NCBI RefSeq assembly: GCF_009914755.1
Contig: NC_060927.1
From: the human T2T-CHM13v2.0 reference genome, Homo sapiens
Length of the DNA stretch: 64,000 bases
Reading direction: 5' to 3' (one strand)
Each line of letters opens with the position of its first letter. Position 1 is the first letter of the stretch. Shown here piece after piece: positions 61,723 to 64,000 of the stretch. The notes beneath the pieces are model-generated. The model ran no database searches and was not told the origin of the DNA. It was given only the letters and a program-made list of their open reading frames with translations. A program made the translations under genes and the position numbers.

Positions 61723-63535
61723 TTCTCTCTTCAGTGAATTTGCAATTCTACAGTAGAGAAAGCAATGACATTGAACCTTTGAAACCATCTCTGTGTTTAA
61801 GTGTTGGGTACCCAAGGCTAAGCTATTTTACTTTTCTGAGGCCTCAGGTTGTCCATTTATAAAACAATTAAAATAATGCCTCCCACAAAGGATCGTTGTA
61901 AGTAAATCAGTACAACAAACCCAACTCCTGGTTCACAGAAAGCATTTAAAAGTGGTTACTGTTAATTTCATTTATTTATGTTACACATTTCTCAGCCAGG
62001 CATTCAAGGGCTTCCAAAACACAGCCTCAATGTCTATTACTTGCCACAGAAACTATTTGCTTCTTCTTTGCCTCTGTGGTTTGGTTCCTACCTCTAATGC
62101 CTTCCCCATCAACCATCCGTCCTCATGTCAAACTTCAAATCCTGCTTCTCATTCCATATTCAACCCATTTGTTACCCTGTATTCCCTGTTAACTTATAGT
62201 TTTGGATGCTTAACTTGATTTAGTTTCAATTATTTAGGTAAAGATCCTCGATAGGTGGTAATACCTAGTTTCCTTCGTATCATATCAGAAGGCATATGAT
62301 GTTTGATTGTCCCACTTTTAGTGACAACTAGATTTGGGGTTTGAGATGCTGTCAGACCGATCATTCCATCATGAAGATTTCCATTAACCTTTTAACTAAC
62401 AGTTTAGCATACACTGATGACTTCCATTGATAATTCAGTGGTTGAAATATGCCATTTTCTAATTCCATCATTCTTTCTGCACGTATTAAAGGAGATTCTT
62501 CCATAAAGAAGAGCATGCACAAGTTAATTACTTGGTTACCTGAAACACAGCTTGCATAGGAACAGGAAATGGATGTTTGGTTCTTCCTCTATTAATTTTT
62601 AGAGTAAAGAGATTGGATCTAGAGAGCCCCAAATGGAGACCAAGGAGTATTTTTTTCTTGAGATTCTTACTAAACAAATGGAATCTTATATATTTTGTGT
62701 GTTATATGATTTGCAGTAATTATTATTGTTGATGCTCAGTTGTCCTATTGTAGGCCAATGGGAGGGAGCCCTTCCCATTTGGTTTCTGTTTTTTTGTTCT
62801 ATGAGATCACTGGTCTAGATAAATTCCTTATTTCCTATTACAATAAGATGTCCCAGGTTTATCTTCCCATTTTTTGCCCTAGGCCTAATTAAGATCAGCT
62901 ACTTCACCAAAATTGCTAGAATATTTTAGTGGAAATCATATTTAGAAAACGTAAGAATTCTCCTTGCTACTGGGCACTTTCTGTCAATAGAGTCAGGAAA
63001 CAAAAGTTTTTTTAAGAGAAAAAAATGAATTTGTCATTCAAATTCAAGACTGAAGATTTTTATTTAATCTAGTTTACTTTATATAGGTATCTGTTTTCAA
63101 TTTTCTCATGCTGAAAATCTCCTTCCTTAAATACATCAATGTAATTACTTATTCATTTTATCTTAAACATACCTATAATAGTTTTAAAGTAACAATATAT
63201 GTACTACTAAAACTTGACACTTGAAATTTTTTAACCTGATGTGACTTTTTTCTGTGTTATTATCCAATGGTTGAGTTTATATTTGTTTTTAATTTTTTCT
63301 TTCCATTTATTTTTCTTTCTATTCATTTCTATTATTTTTTAAATAAATTTTTTAATTTATTAAATATTTTCTATTTATTTTTTCTTATATAAAACATTTA
63401 CATGGTTTCAATGTCAAAATTACAACACAAGTTTATACTGCAATCTGTCTCCTGCTTCCTTCCCTGATACGTAACCATTATATTGGAAGTTTTTAGTTAC
63501 TCTGCAATTGTTTCTATTTGAAAATATAACAAATA

Positions 63536-63601
63536 ACATGTTTACCTATATAACAAACCTTCACATGTACCCTCAAACATAAAATAAAAGTTTCAAAAGA
63601 A
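63536..63601 (+). mobile_element. Very short L1 3'-end insertion
   Basis: catgtttacctatataacaaaccttcacatgtaccc...aaaataaaagtt flanked by TSD GAAAATATAACAAATA at 63520-63535 and 63602-63617. Confidence 0.82.
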
Positions 63602-63654
63602 GAAAATATAACAAATACATGTGAGATGTGTGTGTATGCATGTATCTGCATGTT

Positions 63655-63790
63655 ATTATGTATGTATACACATGTGTACACATATATATGTATATATACA
63701 CTTGTGTAGACATATATATGTATATATACACATGTGTAGACATATATGTATATATACACACATGCAGATACATACATACATATACACGTA
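63655..63790. repeat. TA/CA-rich minisatellite with a 30-bp unit
   Basis: c(a/t)tgtgta(c/g)acatatatatgtatatataca, three copies at 63671-63760 with degenerate flanks. Confidence 0.85.
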
Positions 63791-64000
63791 TTTTTGTATG
63801 TTCTTGTTTCCATATTTCCTCCTCTTTTATATAAAGGATAGCATAATCTTAATACTATTCTGCCCCTTGTCTTTTTTCAACTAATAGCATATCCCAGCAA
63901 TCACTTCATATAAGTATGTAGAGATCAGCCTCCTTCATTTTTACAGCTGCATGATACCCCGTTCTGCGATCATGTTACAGCCCAGTGGATTCTTCTTGCT

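Noticed and set aside
63514-63884. Overlapping Y/I/H/C-rich ORFs on both strands
   Set aside because: They arise from the stop-poor TA/CA minisatellite.

Overview
Human genomic DNA containing the 3' two-thirds of ALCAM (CD166) on the + strand and about 21 kb of downstream, repeat-rich sequence. The gene part is coding exons 6-15 (end of Ig V2, three Ig C2 domains, stalk, transmembrane helix, cytoplasmic tail) plus the 3'UTR exon 16 ending near 42.9 kb. All splice phases join into the known ALCAM reading frame, with one GC-AG intron. The most striking structure is a ~5 kb young L1HS-Ta (Ta-0 type) insertion at 53177-58225. Inside one 14-bp target-site duplication it combines a 147-bp 3' transduction with a second poly(A) tail, a twin-priming 5' inversion with a 36-bp duplicated breakpoint, and 5' truncation. 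Also notable: a near-consensus AluYb8, a compensable 4-nt donor/acceptor shift that would remove the N457 glycosylation sequon, and a 5'-splice-site-like motif overlapping the acceptor of alternative exon 13. Repeat subfamily names come from recalled consensus features, not from a database search.
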